Assembly: GCA_000004985.1 (NCBI GenBank)
Contig: GG738907.1
DNA: 64,000 bases
Origin: Naegleria gruberi
Taxonomy: Eukaryota
Direction: 5' to 3' (one strand)
How positions within the stretch are numbered: the stretch's first letter is position 1; the number at the start of each line of letters is the position of its first letter. The position numbers and the translations under genes were made by a program. The notes below the pieces were generated by a model. The model had not been told where the DNA came from, ran no database searches, and saw only the letters and a program-made list of their open reading frames with translations. Positions 10,200 to 21,903 of the stretch are shown in pieces.

Positions 10200-13100
10200 T
10201 TAAAGTGGGAGTTCTTTTAACGAGTTGATAATAGTCTGGAAAGAAAACTTGTTTAAGGGAATGGAGAGCAAAATCAATTCCAAGACACGACACGACACAC
10301 AACAAGTGAATAAACCAGAATAGTGGAGATTTGGCAGATTCAAACCAAATCTGAAATAAAGGTGAAGTTTCACTAGCATATATCCAATTGAATCCATAGA
10401 AAGTGCCCAGACAAACAAGAACTGCAAAAAAGTGAAATGGTGTAACCTAACAAATTGAAACTCTAAAAAACTCTTCAAGTGCACCACAAGGAATGAGCAT
10501 GAGGTGACTAATACAACCTTAACCCAAAATCCATCATCTTTCCCATTGGTGAATAAACATGAATCAGTAGAATACATGCAAAGGAAGAAAATTATGGTCA
10601 TGTGAAGCATTCCACCACCAATCCACTTGACAAATGTGTACAGGTTAAAGATATTTTCCTTCCTCAGGAGTTTGTAGAGAATTGGTCCATGTTTTGCATC
10701 TTCCAAATACTTTTCTGAGATATCCTTCTCAAAAATTCCAAAAGACAGAGGATTCAATTGCATAAAGAATAGAGTTGAAAGAATGGTTACAAAATCCTCA
10801 TTCAATGATTGACCTGAAAATTGAACAAAGAATGCATAAATAATTTGAATGAAAACAATTCCTAAATTGATATAAATGTAATAATGAATGAAATCGGCAA
10901 TTCTTTTGTATGAATATCTTCCATGGACAACTAGTAACCTTTTAAGCATTCTAAATTTTGGAATGGCAAAGTCAGATGACATTTTGGCTTGATTACCTTC
11001 CTTTCCAATTATTCCAACTCCAACATTCGCTTGCTGAATCATTGGTACATCATTAATACCATCTCCAATAGAAAGAATTCTCTTTCCAAGTTTGATTTTT
11101 GCAAAATGTACAAGTTGTGATTTTTGCTTTGGTGTTGATCTGCAAAAAACAACTGTTTTGCACTTTGACACCAAGGATTCAAAGTTTCGGCTAGATGAAC
11201 AAAATGTAAATGCATGTCCATCTAAAACAAGTACAATCTCCTTTTGGTTTTCTGAAGAGAGACTTTGAATCAATGTTAAAATCTCACAAACTTTCACATC
11301 ACCCTCTTCGTTACTTGTTATGGAACCTAAATCTCCATCAAGAGTGAATACTTGAGAATGTTCATGTATTAAACCTGCAATACCAGCTATTTTAAATGCA
11401 GTCTCTCTTTTGTCTCCTGTCAACATCCAAACATGAATTCCTGCCTCAATTAAAAAGGATATTGTCTCTGGAACTTGATCTTGAAGTGTGTCTTCTACAG
11501 CAGTACAACCAACGATTTCCAGATCTTTTTCTAATTGGCTTTCGCAATTTTCAATAGCTTCTTTTCTAGATTTTGAAATGAATGACTGAACTGAATTGTA
11601 ATTGGTCAACCAATTGATGGCCTCATTGGAATCCACAAATTTGAAACAAAATAAGAGAGTTCTCAAACCCTCGCTTGCAAATTGTGAAGATTGCACATTA
11701 ATCTTTTCATAATTTTCCTCAAAGTTTTTGGTTGCAAGCAATGGATATAAAAATGAATCGGCACCTTTCGAAAAGCAAATAACAAGTTGACCACTTTCGT
11801 CTGGAGCTATCCCATATTTCTCAGTTGCAATATGATAATATATTGGGAAATCATTTAAAAACTCTAATGATAATTTAAAGAGTGTTGACATTCGTTTCCT
11901 CTTTGGTGAGAATGGAATTTCTGCAATTCTTTCAAAAGAATATTCCTTTCCAAAAATGGAGAGAATAGTTTTCTTTTCTGAGAAGTATTTCAACTCAAAC
12001 TGGTTGTTCATTGCCCCCAATACAAGAGCCACCTCATCAATACTCTCTCCCTCATAAAAAACCTCATCCTCATTATCTTTCCTTATCTTCCTCAATGAAA
12101 CATTGTGACACAAACTCATCGAAAGCAGAGTGTTCATTACCAAGAATAATTGATCTTGATAGCTGTTTTGTAGATTGTTTCTGACCCACTCACCAATACT
12201 TCCTCTTTCGAGCATGTCATCAAATATTAAATCTAATCCTGCACAACACTTTTTGAAAATCATTGAATTTTCAGTGAGCGTTCCTGTCTTGTCAGAGAAG
12301 ATCATGTCAATTTTTGCAAGATCACAATTCAAATCACTGGAAATGGCTACTGAAGAAACTAATTGTTTCTTTTCAGGTTCCTCAATCAGGTTTGAAAATG
12401 CAACTAGTTCATTATCCATTGAAATAAACCAAGCTTGAACCATTTTTACCAACTCGAACGAAACCAATAAAGAAACTGGAATCAAATGGGCAAACATAAT
12501 AATGTGAGATAAGAATGCCAACACAACAAAGGATCCATCCGATATTGTCCTCTCTCTATTTCCCAAATAAAATTCTGTTCGTTCCCTGAATTCATAATAA
12601 GATTTAACAGCAGTAAATGAGAGGCAACAAATCATTTGAATACCAAACATGATTCCCACCATAATGTTCAACATTTTGTTCACAAGACTGAATTTAACAC
12701 TAGTCCTATTCATATTTTTCAATGATTTTGTGTCCTTTCCAGTATAGATTACAATTCCATAGGCAATCTCTGTGGAGAGCTTACATCCTTTCAAGAGAAG
12801 ATTCTGATGAAAAAGTGGAACTTGTTCATGACCATCCACAGTAATTGATCCAATAAATTTGTTCAGAGATTCATTTGGTTCTTGACACTTAATAATGCCA
12901 CCCAACCCCTTCAAACTTGCCACATTATTAAAAAGTTTTGAGAGTGTTGGAGGAAATCTTGATTTGAGAGATGTTTCACCATCCAAATTAGAGGTCTCTA
13001 TTTTACAACATGAATCTTCCTGACTTGAACCAATGAGAATCAAGTCTGCTGGGAATATTTGTCCTTGATCAACTTGAACAATGTCACCAACTCTTACTTT

Positions 13101-13706
13101 ACCAGTTTCTATTTTAACAAATTGTTCTTCTCTCAAAACCAATGTGTTGGCTTGGTTGACCTTTCTATCATTTAAAAATCTGAGAAAATCTTCACCTCCC
13201 TCTCTCAGCATATTCACACATATAATGAAAATGACAGGGAGAACAATTAATGCAGGTGGAATTGAGGTCACTCCTGGAATTAGTGAAATAATCATTTGAA
13301 AAATAAAGTACAATGTTCCAACTCTTCTACATTGATGAAATAGGTTAAGAAATGGGAAATTCCACCACGTGTACTTTGGTTCTGTTAGTGAAATTAACCT
13401 AATTTAACTTACCTTTGTTGTTGAGATGTAATTGGATGGAAATCTGCTAGTTCTAATTCCACATAACCACGGTTTAGTTTGTTTTCTATTCCATTCCCAA
13501 TCATTGATCTTTACAATGTGGGTAGTATTCGAATCTTGTTCCTCTAATGCATTCCTTGTTGAAATGTTGGTCGAAATTAGCTCAATTGAAGAGGAGGTTG
13601 TCAAAGAGACATCTGAACGGTTAACAAGTGAATGATTAAATGATTGATAAAGTGGAAATGTTGCAGTTGAAATACTTGAGTTTTGTTTCTGGTTTTTTGT
13701 TGACAT
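10200..13706 (-). CDS. P4-type ATPase (phospholipid flippase, Drs2/ATP8 family). Two exons: 13706..13413 and 13373..10200. The 39-nt intron is 13374..13412.
   Basis: Exon 2 carries P-type motifs: DKTGTLT (phosphorylation site), MLTGDKRETA, GDGINDVPM, and ten TM helices. Exon 1 ends ...FPSNYISTTK. Exon 2 begins YTWWNFPFLNLFHQCRRVGTLYFIF, matching the P4 consensus ...STTKYN..TFLP..LFEQFRRVANLYFL. Intron is GTAAGT...TCACTAAC...AG. The listed exon-2 start MYFIF is a TTG codon. Confidence 0.8.
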
Positions 13707-14045
13707 TTTTTTGTGGTTGTTTAGTTCTAGTACATGAAATTGCCAAACAGTTTACAATGAGATCATAAATCTCACACAACTGAAAAAATGAAAGGAGATA
13801 ACTTCAAATCTCCTTAGTGGAATCATTGTCAAATAAGTTAAGATAAAGGACCTTGTAACTTAACGGAAATAATATTTTTGAAATTTTTTGAGTATTTTTT
13901 AAGGATAAACACACATGTCACTAACCTGAGGCTATTTTCTCAATAGTTTCTAATTATCAGAAAGAAAAAAATGAGCATGTGTTAGATTGGATGCAATACT
14001 ACTTTGTAGTCAAACTGTAAATATGTAAAAAGAAAGGACTGAGTA

Positions 14046-14116
14046 AAAAATTTATCTCGAGTGCCGGGAATTGAACCCGGGTCGCCAGAGTGACAGTCTG
14101 GAATGCTACCACTATA
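14046..14116 (-). tRNA. tRNA-Asp(GUC): tRNA-Asp (anticodon GUC), 71 nt
   Basis: Reverse complement reads TCGGGTGTGGTATAGTGGTAGCATTCCAGACTGTCACTCTGGCGACCCGGGTTCAATTCCCGGCACTCGAG. Anticodon loop CTGTCAC matches eukaryotic tRNA-Asp. Acceptor stem pairs with one G-U wobble. Confidence 0.85.
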
Positions 14117-14633
14117 CCACACCCGATTTCACATGTTCTAAATAGGAAGTGTGATCCTAATCTAGTATTTTCCAACAGGTGGTAGCTTTTTGAAAATGTT
14201 AGTAATTAACCAATATCGAGTGAAATTGAAGGAACTTTTTGAAGTTATTTTGAATAAGTGATCTAGTGGTAGTCTTGTGATGTGTTTAATTTCTTAAAAT
14301 TTTTATTTTTGAGATTAATGCCTTGCTTAATGTATTAGAAACAAGTTCGTCCCAAATATTTAAATTTTACATGGGGAGTAGAATTTAATTCGTTCACGAA
14401 TCAATTTACTTGAGTAAAAACATGTAAATAGGAAAATTACATTAATATTGTAAATATTATTTGGATACTCATTTGGCTAAAATTGTTGTTGGATGAATTC
14501 AATCAACCACCAACAATAGTTTCAAATTAGACTTTCCTTTTTAAAAAATATCCGTAAATGGAGCGAGGAAAATAGCGCTCCAAAGTTTCCTTTTTTATCC
14601 TCATTCAATAACTCAATCACACCATTAAAAAAA

Positions 14634-15437
14634 ATGTCTCGAACAATTTCAGTGTTTTTCATTCTATTCCTTTGCTGCACCTCTTCATTCAATCAATTAG
14701 TGCACGCAAACACAATTGACCTCAACAATCTCCACAAACAATTTGACTTGGTCATGACTTCAATCATGCCAAATTCAATTATGACCTTCCACCCAAAGTT
14801 TAAACAAGTTTATACTGTTGGAAATTCGAATAGTGTTGGTCCATCCTCATTGGATTATTGTTGTTTACCTCCAAAAGTTTCGATTAAATCACGAGTTTTC
14901 CAATTGGCTGTTCTTCATAATACTAGTAGTAGCACTTATTATTCTGATTGGGTTTTGATGAATGATTTGGAAAACTTTAGAGCTCGTTCAGATGTGCTCA
15001 ATACTAATGCTGGTTCGAATACTTCAGTTTATTCCTATAGAAATGAATTGGATGGGTTGACCTATAATTATGTTCACATGTGGAATCAAGAATGTTTCTG
15101 TACCAAGACAAGTAAGGCAGATTGGAAGAAAGGTTTCTGTACTCCACCTGGTAAATTACTTGAAGAATCGAATATTGCAATGAGAATTGCTAGAAAGTAT
15201 GGGACTGAACGAAAGGAAACGAATGCAAATTATTCAGGAGCCTATGCATGGACACAATCTGTTGAGGGATTAAATAAGGAATATTGTTGGTTCATTGGTG
15301 ACTATGTTTTTGAAGTGAATATTTATGGAACTGTTTCAAAAACTACTCAATTTTATGACATGTCATTAAATGTTGACGAAAAGGCATTTGACATTCCAAT
15401 GGTTTGTCCTCCACCATCCTCATGTCGATTGGTTTAA
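14634..15437 (+). CDS. Secreted protein (267 aa) with an N-terminal signal peptide, Cys-rich, N-glycosylation sequons
   Basis: Hydrophobic leader MSRTISVFFILFLCCTSSFNQLVHA. Multiple Cys residues. No homolog recognised. Confidence 0.5.
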   Translation: MSRTISVFFILFLCCTSSFNQLVHANTIDLNNLHKQFDLVMTSIMPNSIMTFHPKFKQVYTVGNSNSVGPSSLDYCCLPPKVSIKSRVFQLAVLHNTSSSTYYSDWVLMNDLENFRARSDVLNTNAGSNTSVYSYRNELDGLTYNYVHMWNQECFCTKTSKADWKKGFCTPPGKLLEESNIAMRIARKYGTERKETNANYSGAYAWTQSVEGLNKEYCWFIGDYVFEVNIYGTVSKTTQFYDMSLNVDEKAFDIPMVCPPPSSCRLV

Positions 15438-15640
15438 TATTTCTTTTATATAAATCAAATTATCTCAAGTTCTTAATTACAATTTCACCCCCCAAACCTT
15501 TCACAATTATCATCTTTCTTAATATTTTAAAACATTAGAAAGAATTTCAAGTTGTTTTACAACTATATATATGACAATAACAATTAAATTGTAATGAAGA
15601 TGATTTTTCAATTAAGTTGCTTTTGAAAAAACTCAAAAAA

Positions 15641-16336
15641 ATGTTCAAACAATTAGTGACTGTTAGGAAACAATTAAATTTTCATTCAATCAAGAACCTA
15701 CAAAATTATTATTACGGAATAAAATCATTTAGTACCAATTGTGTGATAAAATCATCCTCGGAGCAAGCAAATAACAATAATGATGAAGTGAATAATAATA
15801 ATATTAATTTAAAAATTGAAGAAAATAATTCGGAACAATTCAATGATGTAAATAATAATAACAATTCAAAAAGAACAATTGGAGAAAAACAAAATAGAAA
15901 TATGAGCAAATTATTCAGAAAGAGAGACCAAACATTGGAGACTGCCAAAAAATTCAAAGATTTGAATAGAAAGTTTACTCCTTCAAATGTTGAAGAGCCA
16001 AAGAAAAAGAAAGCTTCACCTGACTTGAAAAAGGCAATTAAATTATTGAAATTTATGGATGTAATGGAAAAGGCTAGTCAAGGAATTGATTTTGATCAAG
16101 AACAGGAATTTTCAAAATATGATAATGACGATGATCCAAGAATGCCAGAAAAGAAGTCAAAAGTTGCAAAGACTAGAAGAACAATGGATATTCATTTGGA
16201 TGAAAGAAACTTTAACTTACAAAAACCTGTTCCAAAAACAATTCTGAAAGGACAATTAAAAGAAATTAAGAGAGCTAGAAAGATAATTGATGATGACGAA
16301 AAGCATTTGAAAGATAAAAAACCATTCAAGTTCTAA
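15641..16336 (+). CDS. Lys-rich basic protein with a presequence-like N-terminus. The ATG is at 15641; the track start at 15617 is a TTG codon.
   Basis: MFKQLVTVRKQLNFHSIKNL is amphipathic and basic. A poly-N and N-rich tract follows, then a KK-rich C-terminal half. Confidence 0.45.
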   Translation: MFKQLVTVRKQLNFHSIKNLQNYYYGIKSFSTNCVIKSSSEQANNNNDEVNNNNINLKIEENNSEQFNDVNNNNNSKRTIGEKQNRNMSKLFRKRDQTLETAKKFKDLNRKFTPSNVEEPKKKKASPDLKKAIKLLKFMDVMEKASQGIDFDQEQEFSKYDNDDDPRMPEKKSKVAKTRRTMDIHLDERNFNLQKPVPKTILKGQLKEIKRARKIIDDDEKHLKDKKPFKF

Positions 16337-16358
16337 ATCAATAATGATTTATTGTGAA

Positions 16359-18614
16359 CTAGTTGTGTGAATTAGGATCATTGAGACTTTGTAAGAATGA
16401 GCCTTGCATTATTCCAAAATCTAGTTGGGTTTCGTCCTCACTTTCTTTTTGTCTGTAATAATTATTGTAATCATTTGTTGGTTCATTAATTATGGGTATT
16501 TCATTAAGTATACCCATCATGGAGCCTGTGATTTGAGATGGATTTACTTGAGAAACTGCAGGTTGATTATTTCTATCCTCAGAAGAGTCTGAATCGTTAT
16601 CATTGTTTGCATTAGCATACGAAGATGGTTTTCTATTACTCTTAATAAGTGCTCTAACTTCCTTGATTTGTATTAATGTTTCTGCATCAACACCAAATTT
16701 TGAAAGAACTGGAGCAAGGATTTGGTTCAACTTTTTTCTCTTCTTACTTGAACATAATTGTTTAACTGGCTTGTGAATTGTTGACATTAGGACTGTATAT
16801 TGCCTTGTAGTTTCATTATAGAGTCTTAGAGAATAAACACCTTCATCATTCTCTTCTGAAAGTTTCTTAATAAGATCATCTCTAATTTCTACAAAATCAG
16901 ACTCTGAAGCACTAGCACCTTGATTAGAGCCTGCATTAGAACCTCCTCTTTTTCTCTTCTTTTGAGAATTTTGAGTTGAGCTTGTTCCTCCGGGGGAAAG
17001 AGATGGTGATCCATCTTGGAAAGATTGCCATCCTTGTTGATTTGGTGAGAGTTGTTGAGAGTAAGATGGAGAAACGTTATTGCTAAAGGATGAAGCAGAG
17101 AGGTAACTAGTTTGTGGTTGAGGCTCTATGTATGGTTGGAAAATATTACCTTGTTGTTGAGGTTGGAGAGGAGAGTTTGGATTATTAGGTATTATAATTT
17201 TGGTATATTGTTGAGGTTGTTGATTTTGTTGTTGATTTGGAGATATTGGAGCAGAAACTAGTAATGAAGGAGAAATTGCATTCATTCCTCTTGTTTGATG
17301 TGCTTGATTTGGATCCAGAACACGTCCTCCTGGAGAAGTACTTCTATTATTTGTATTTGTGATGATAATTTGTTGTTGTGATTGTTGATTAGGATTTGTA
17401 TTGAATGGATAACCAACATTTTGGGAACCCATTGGTTGCATTCCAAATGTTCCTGGGGCAATTTGTACAAGTTGTTGTTTTGGAGAAGTAGGATAGTTAT
17501 TTTGTGGACTGAGCCTATTCATAACATTGAATAATTGTTGTTGTTGAAGAGCGGAATTGTTTTGTTGAGGAATTACTATGGTAGGAATACTGTTGGAACT
17601 ATTATTACTCTTTGGTGAGAGTGGTGCTTGACTCATTGATGAAACTTGTTGTAAATTCATTCCATTGATCATATTTAACATATTGGCTGCTTGATATTGT
17701 TGAAGGAAGGAAGCATTATTGTTAGAAGGGTTTGATGCTGGATTTGGCATAATAACAAATGTTGGAGCTCCAACATTATTCGGTACGTTCATCACATTAT
17801 TATTTGGCATCATATTATTTTGATTAAACTGTGATGGATTTCCAAGGATGACGCGAGGTTTCGACTGTTGATTATTTTGTTGATTGTTGATAGTGATGGA
17901 TCCATTTGATTGAGTATCATTTCTATTTTCTTGTTTTGTGTTGTTGGAAATGGCTGCACCATCGTAGGCTAAACTCACTATTGCACCAGAGAGTGGAAGC
18001 ACATTATTGAGTCCTTGGGAAATGTTTTGTGTTTGGGCAACAGTATTAGAAGTAATATTGGTAGAAGTTGTAGATTGGGTTGTGGAGGCTCCAGAAGGTG
18101 CACACTTGTTTAAATGTCTCGTATACTTTGGTCCTGAAACTAACTTGTGACATTCATCACAATTCACATATTTTGGAGCTCTCTTATTATTCTTGTGATG
18201 ATCCAGTTCGTAACACCAAATTCCTCCTTGTGATTTATGGTTATTCTCTTCACATTCTAGACATATAGAATTTTCATATTTGATTTTTCTACCTCTTCTA
18301 ACTTTCATGTCTTGACGACTTTGTCTCAATTTTGCAAGAGCTTCATCTGACATGCCCGGATGTTCTTCCATTTCATAACTGTCATCAGAGGCATTGTCAT
18401 GAACATGTGTACCACTATTATTATTATCTTCTTCAAAAGTCTGTTGATCAAAAACTTGATATCTGGATGAATCTTCTTGTTGTTGATGAGATGATTGGTT
18501 TCCTACTACATATTCGTCATTTTGAAAATCGTTAAAAGTGCCAGGTGAAGTTAAACCGTTAATAATATTTGTAAAGTTATTGAAGTCATTTGAGTTATGA
18601 TTATTAGAACTCAT
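16359..18614 (-). CDS. Gln/Asn-rich nuclear-type protein (751 aa) with an Sgf11-like C2HC zinc finger
   Basis: Zn finger with spacing C-x2-C-x11-H-x3-C (NCDECHKLVSGPKYTRHLNKC). Long Q/N/P/S low-complexity regions. A KKRKRG basic patch. Ends in TAG. Confidence 0.55.
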   Translation of the reverse strand: MSSNNHNSNDFNNFTNIINGLTSPGTFNDFQNDEYVVGNQSSHQQQEDSSRYQVFDQQTFEEDNNNSGTHVHDNASDDSYEMEEHPGMSDEALAKLRQSRQDMKVRRGRKIKYENSICLECEENNHKSQGGIWCYELDHHKNNKRAPKYVNCDECHKLVSGPKYTRHLNKCAPSGASTTQSTTSTNITSNTVAQTQNISQGLNNVLPLSGAIVSLAYDGAAISNNTKQENRNDTQSNGSITINNQQNNQQSKPRVILGNPSQFNQNNMMPNNNVMNVPNNVGAPTFVIMPNPASNPSNNNASFLQQYQAANMLNMINGMNLQQVSSMSQAPLSPKSNNSSNSIPTIVIPQQNNSALQQQQLFNVMNRLSPQNNYPTSPKQQLVQIAPGTFGMQPMGSQNVGYPFNTNPNQQSQQQIIITNTNNRSTSPGGRVLDPNQAHQTRGMNAISPSLLVSAPISPNQQQNQQPQQYTKIIIPNNPNSPLQPQQQGNIFQPYIEPQPQTSYLSASSFSNNVSPSYSQQLSPNQQGWQSFQDGSPSLSPGGTSSTQNSQKKRKRGGSNAGSNQGASASESDFVEIRDDLIKKLSEENDEGVYSLRLYNETTRQYTVLMSTIHKPVKQLCSSKKRKKLNQILAPVLSKFGVDAETLIQIKEVRALIKSNRKPSSYANANNDNDSDSSEDRNNQPAVSQVNPSQITGSMMGILNEIPIINEPTNDYNNYYRQKESEDETQLDFGIMQGSFLQSLNDPNSHN

Positions 18615-19674
18615 ATTTATCTTGTTTATATTTGAAATACTGTATCTTGTGTAAATTTACAACTAGTTGATGATAAAGGGATGAAGATTGACAAGAAGGA
18701 GTGAAAAAGATCTACCGGAATATAAAGGAATAAGAGAAAGGATGATAAATTGATGAGAAATGATGATGGTTTGTTGTTAATAATTATTCAAACGACAACA
18801 ACAGGTTTTCGTACGAAGGCTTTTCAAATTCTTGTTGCGGAAGAATAACTTATTCTCGAGTGGGTAATTAATTAATTTTTTTTTGATGAAGTTTTTTTAA
18901 CCAGAGTTTGATGGACCACAAGCAAAGCCTCTCCCATGGAGAGCCTTTTGTGCTATTCACCAAATCTTATTGGAAAAAAACGAGCAAAACGAACAAGAGC
19001 ACTGTTTCCCTAATCTGACCTTAATTACAGTGAAGAAAAAGAGCGATGGTTGTTTTTACAGAAGAGTCAGGCAACTTGGCCACCCTTTTTTCATTAAGCA
19101 ATCTGAGAGGCTGTTATTGGGTTGATTTCTTCTGTGGGAAATTGTTTGGACCTTATTAAATAATAGTAGTACAATTTTCAATATTGGTATGCCCCTTCCG
19201 TGTGTGGTTGGATACAACCAGATGGAATTGTTCATTTTCTTGTTTCATTTTGGAATCGCTTATTTTGAGATTCTAATGGCTCAGGATAACCAACAGTTCT
19301 GGCTGGCTGATTTCTACAATTCAGCCTTCCAACTTGGGATGAGTTTATGACCAAATTGAATCAAGTGTTATAAGGTGTACAATAATAATTCGCGGAATTT
19401 TAAAATAGAGGGACTTGTATATTTATTAAGGCGTTGAAGATTGTAATTCTGTTGACAATTATGATCTTGTCCACTTGGAAATATATTTCTCACTGTATTC
19501 ATCCACACTTAAAGAGCGAAGATTCCCCATATTTTTTAAAGAAGCAAGATATGATTCAAGATACCCTTTAACAAAGAAGATGAAGGACCAAATTCTCTTT
19601 TACTTCATCCTGAGGAAGCTTGCTTAAAAATGCGATTTTTCTTGTCATTGTAAATTGCACAAAAATTTAAAAAA

Positions 19675-19998
19675 ATGGGCGCAAAGGAAATTATTAGTAG
19701 TTTGAGCAAGGTTGTTGCTGCTTCTCCTGTTGGAAAATATGCTAAATATTTGAATCCATACACTCCAGCTAAGATCTGGGCTGAAAACGGAAAGAAGGAA
19801 TATGTACGTACTCATAAAATTACCAAAAAATTAATTTTTATCATCATCCGATGACCATCACGAATTTTTAATTATTACTATTTTATTATTTTAATGGAAA
19901 TTATCATCAAATAGGCTATCATTTACTTCTTCTCTTGGTACGTCCTTGCCGGTCTCTACTTTGCCAACAAGCCAAAGAAGGTCGAACAACAAAACTAA
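19675..19998 (+). CDS. Small single-pass membrane micro-protein (~70 aa). Two-exon model: 19675..19803 and 19915..19998, with a 111-nt GTACGT...AG intron. It is missing from the ORF track because each exon is under 60 aa.
   Basis: Spliced product is MGAKEIISSLSKVVAASPVGKYAKYLNPYTPAKIWAENGKKEY|AIIYFFSWYVLAGLYFANKPKKVEQQN, with a C-terminal TM helix plus basic tail. The unspliced frame stops after 17 codons. There is a weak resemblance to ATP-synthase subunit k/DAPIT-type proteins (KYxxYxNxYT motif). Confidence 0.35.
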
Positions 19999-20577
19999 AT
20001 TATTTTTGGAGAATTAAAGATTGAATTTTATCATTACACAATAACATTCTTTTGAAAGAATCCCTACTAGATATTAAAGGGTTTTAAATAAACGTCCAAG
20101 TGGGACCTTTAGTAATAATAATAATAATTATTAATATAATCTACAGTACAACATTATTGATGTGGAGCGATTTGATGAGACTTGATTTTTGTAGAGTGAT
20201 GATGAAGGGTAGTTGATTAATGTTATTACACTACATTTCAGGGGAATAATATTAATCTGGAATATTGATGATAATCCGAGTTGTATTCAAAACAAACATG
20301 AATAAGGATACAACCGAGCCATTCCAAGTATCTCTCATGATAACACATGATGACAAGACGTGACTTTTCTACAAAAGAAGAACAATTATGAAATTAGTAG
20401 CTACTCTCTCCCAAGTGAAACAACTTCCTAAAAACAAACGAATAATCAAATACATCAAGCAACTTCCAAAATCAAAGCATGCCAAGTTGTATGTTGATTG
20501 TATCATTGAGCATCATATCTCAATAATTGATTCATTCATATAATTGATTCGTAAATGAGAATTTGGAATGAAAATAT

Positions 20578-21903
20578 TTAATTGTCAACTTGTTGACTTT
20601 TAACAAAATTGTAAAACTCGATAGTAAATATGGAAACTCTCCAAGCATGTTTCTTCTCTGAATTTGATCGATTGAAATTTTCTTTAAAGAGAGCTTTGTA
20701 ATCTTCATTACAGAGAACCAATTTACAACTCTTTTCTGGATACTTGTTCTGGAAGAGTGGCACGAAATAATTCAAAATCTGAGTTCGATTCTTGAATGCA
20801 TCAATCAAGACATAAGTTTTACCTTTCCACTTGACAGAGAAATCGTCCAAATCACCAACTGGTTTCTGAGACTTGGTATGATCTTTTTCTGATTCATCCA
20901 CAATGGAGAATGAAGTACCATTTGAGGAAGAAACACTTGTTTGTTTGCTGCTAAGTTTTGAAGACTTGCTTGGTTTCTCATAGGATGAGCCATTCGAAAC
21001 TGGAGATGAAACATTGTATTCATGTGTTGGTGATTCTCTTCTCTTCTTTACAACATTATTTCTTGCTCTGGTTTTGATTGGTTCTGGATTTGGTGGAAGA
21101 TCAGCACATGCATTCGAATGCAAAACATGACTATTAGAAACTGCACTGTTTAACCTCTTTTCAGATTCATTAATTTGATACCTCAGTGAATTATTTTCTC
21201 TTTCCAAATCGATTATCATTACAGATTGCCTTTCCAGCTGTTTCTCCAACTGAGAAATTCTTTCGAATAGAGGGGAAAGATTTTGATCTGCTACTATTGT
21301 TGGTGTATGTGGAGCATGTTGATATTGTGGACGTGAGTTATTTCTAGAGTTTGTGGATGATTGTAAACATGCAAAGAATCCATTTGGTGAATCTACTGCA
21401 GTTCTACATGGATATGATACAGTATTCGAATAAGTTTCGTACTTTCGTTGAGACGAAATGTGAGAAACATTATCATCAGAAACTTGTCTTTGATTTGAAT
21501 GCATTGATACATGTGGAGTTGCTGTGTTGTTCTGGGTATTAGTATGAGATGGATATGAAGAATAAGTTTCCTGTAAAAATTCTTTCAAATTTGGCAAAAC
21601 AGAAACTGGAGAAGCAGAAAGCAGTTTTCTATTATTGGAAAACATGTTAGAATCCTGACTAAACCCATCCATTTGATGTGCTGCTCTATTCATCATCATA
21701 TCTGAATTAGTAGTAGCCAACAGTTGGTTTGAAGTATTTGAATTAAAATATTTAAAACTTGCTGGTGGTGGCAGTTGACTTGTAGTGGACATGGGTGATG
21801 TTGAGGATGTTAGAGCCGGAAGAGTCATGTTACTGGAGTTGTATCTTTCAGGTATAGTGGTGGTATTACTAGAAGTAGTTGTTGAGGAAGTTGTTAGTGA
21901 CAT
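20578..21903 (-). CDS. Member 1 (441 aa, dispersed copy) of the uncharacterised LPNF/coiled-coil/C-terminal KxAWRxSIFT-domain family
   Basis: N-terminal S/T-rich region. LPNLKEFLQETY motif. Coiled coil LSPLFERISQLEKQLERQSVMIIDLERENNSLRYQ. Basic VVKKRRESP patch. C-terminal FSVKWKGKTYVLIDAFKNRTQILNYFVPLFQNKYPEKSCKLVLCNEDYKALFKEN...SEKKHAWRVSIFTIEFYNFVK, which aligns to the four copies at 37.7-44.4 kb. Confidence 0.6.
   Translation of the reverse strand: MSLTTSSTTTSSNTTTIPERYNSSNMTLPALTSSTSPMSTTSQLPPPASFKYFNSNTSNQLLATTNSDMMMNRAAHQMDGFSQDSNMFSNNRKLLSASPVSVLPNLKEFLQETYSSYPSHTNTQNNTATPHVSMHSNQRQVSDDNVSHISSQRKYETYSNTVSYPCRTAVDSPNGFFACLQSSTNSRNNSRPQYQHAPHTPTIVADQNLSPLFERISQLEKQLERQSVMIIDLERENNSLRYQINESEKRLNSAVSNSHVLHSNACADLPPNPEPIKTRARNNVVKKRRESPTHEYNVSSPVSNGSSYEKPSKSSKLSSKQTSVSSSNGTSFSIVDESEKDHTKSQKPVGDLDDFSVKWKGKTYVLIDAFKNRTQILNYFVPLFQNKYPEKSCKLVLCNEDYKALFKENFNRSNSEKKHAWRVSIFTIEFYNFVKSQQVDN

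Noticed and set aside
8-15617. ORF-track start coordinates 8, 8240, 7381-8235, 10200-13313 (MYFIF), 15617, 2532
   Set aside because: Inspection shows these 'M' residues are TTG or GTG codons. The track evidently allows alternative starts. Real starts are the window edge (gene 1), an upstream exon (P4-ATPase), or downstream ATGs (8232, 8411, 15641).
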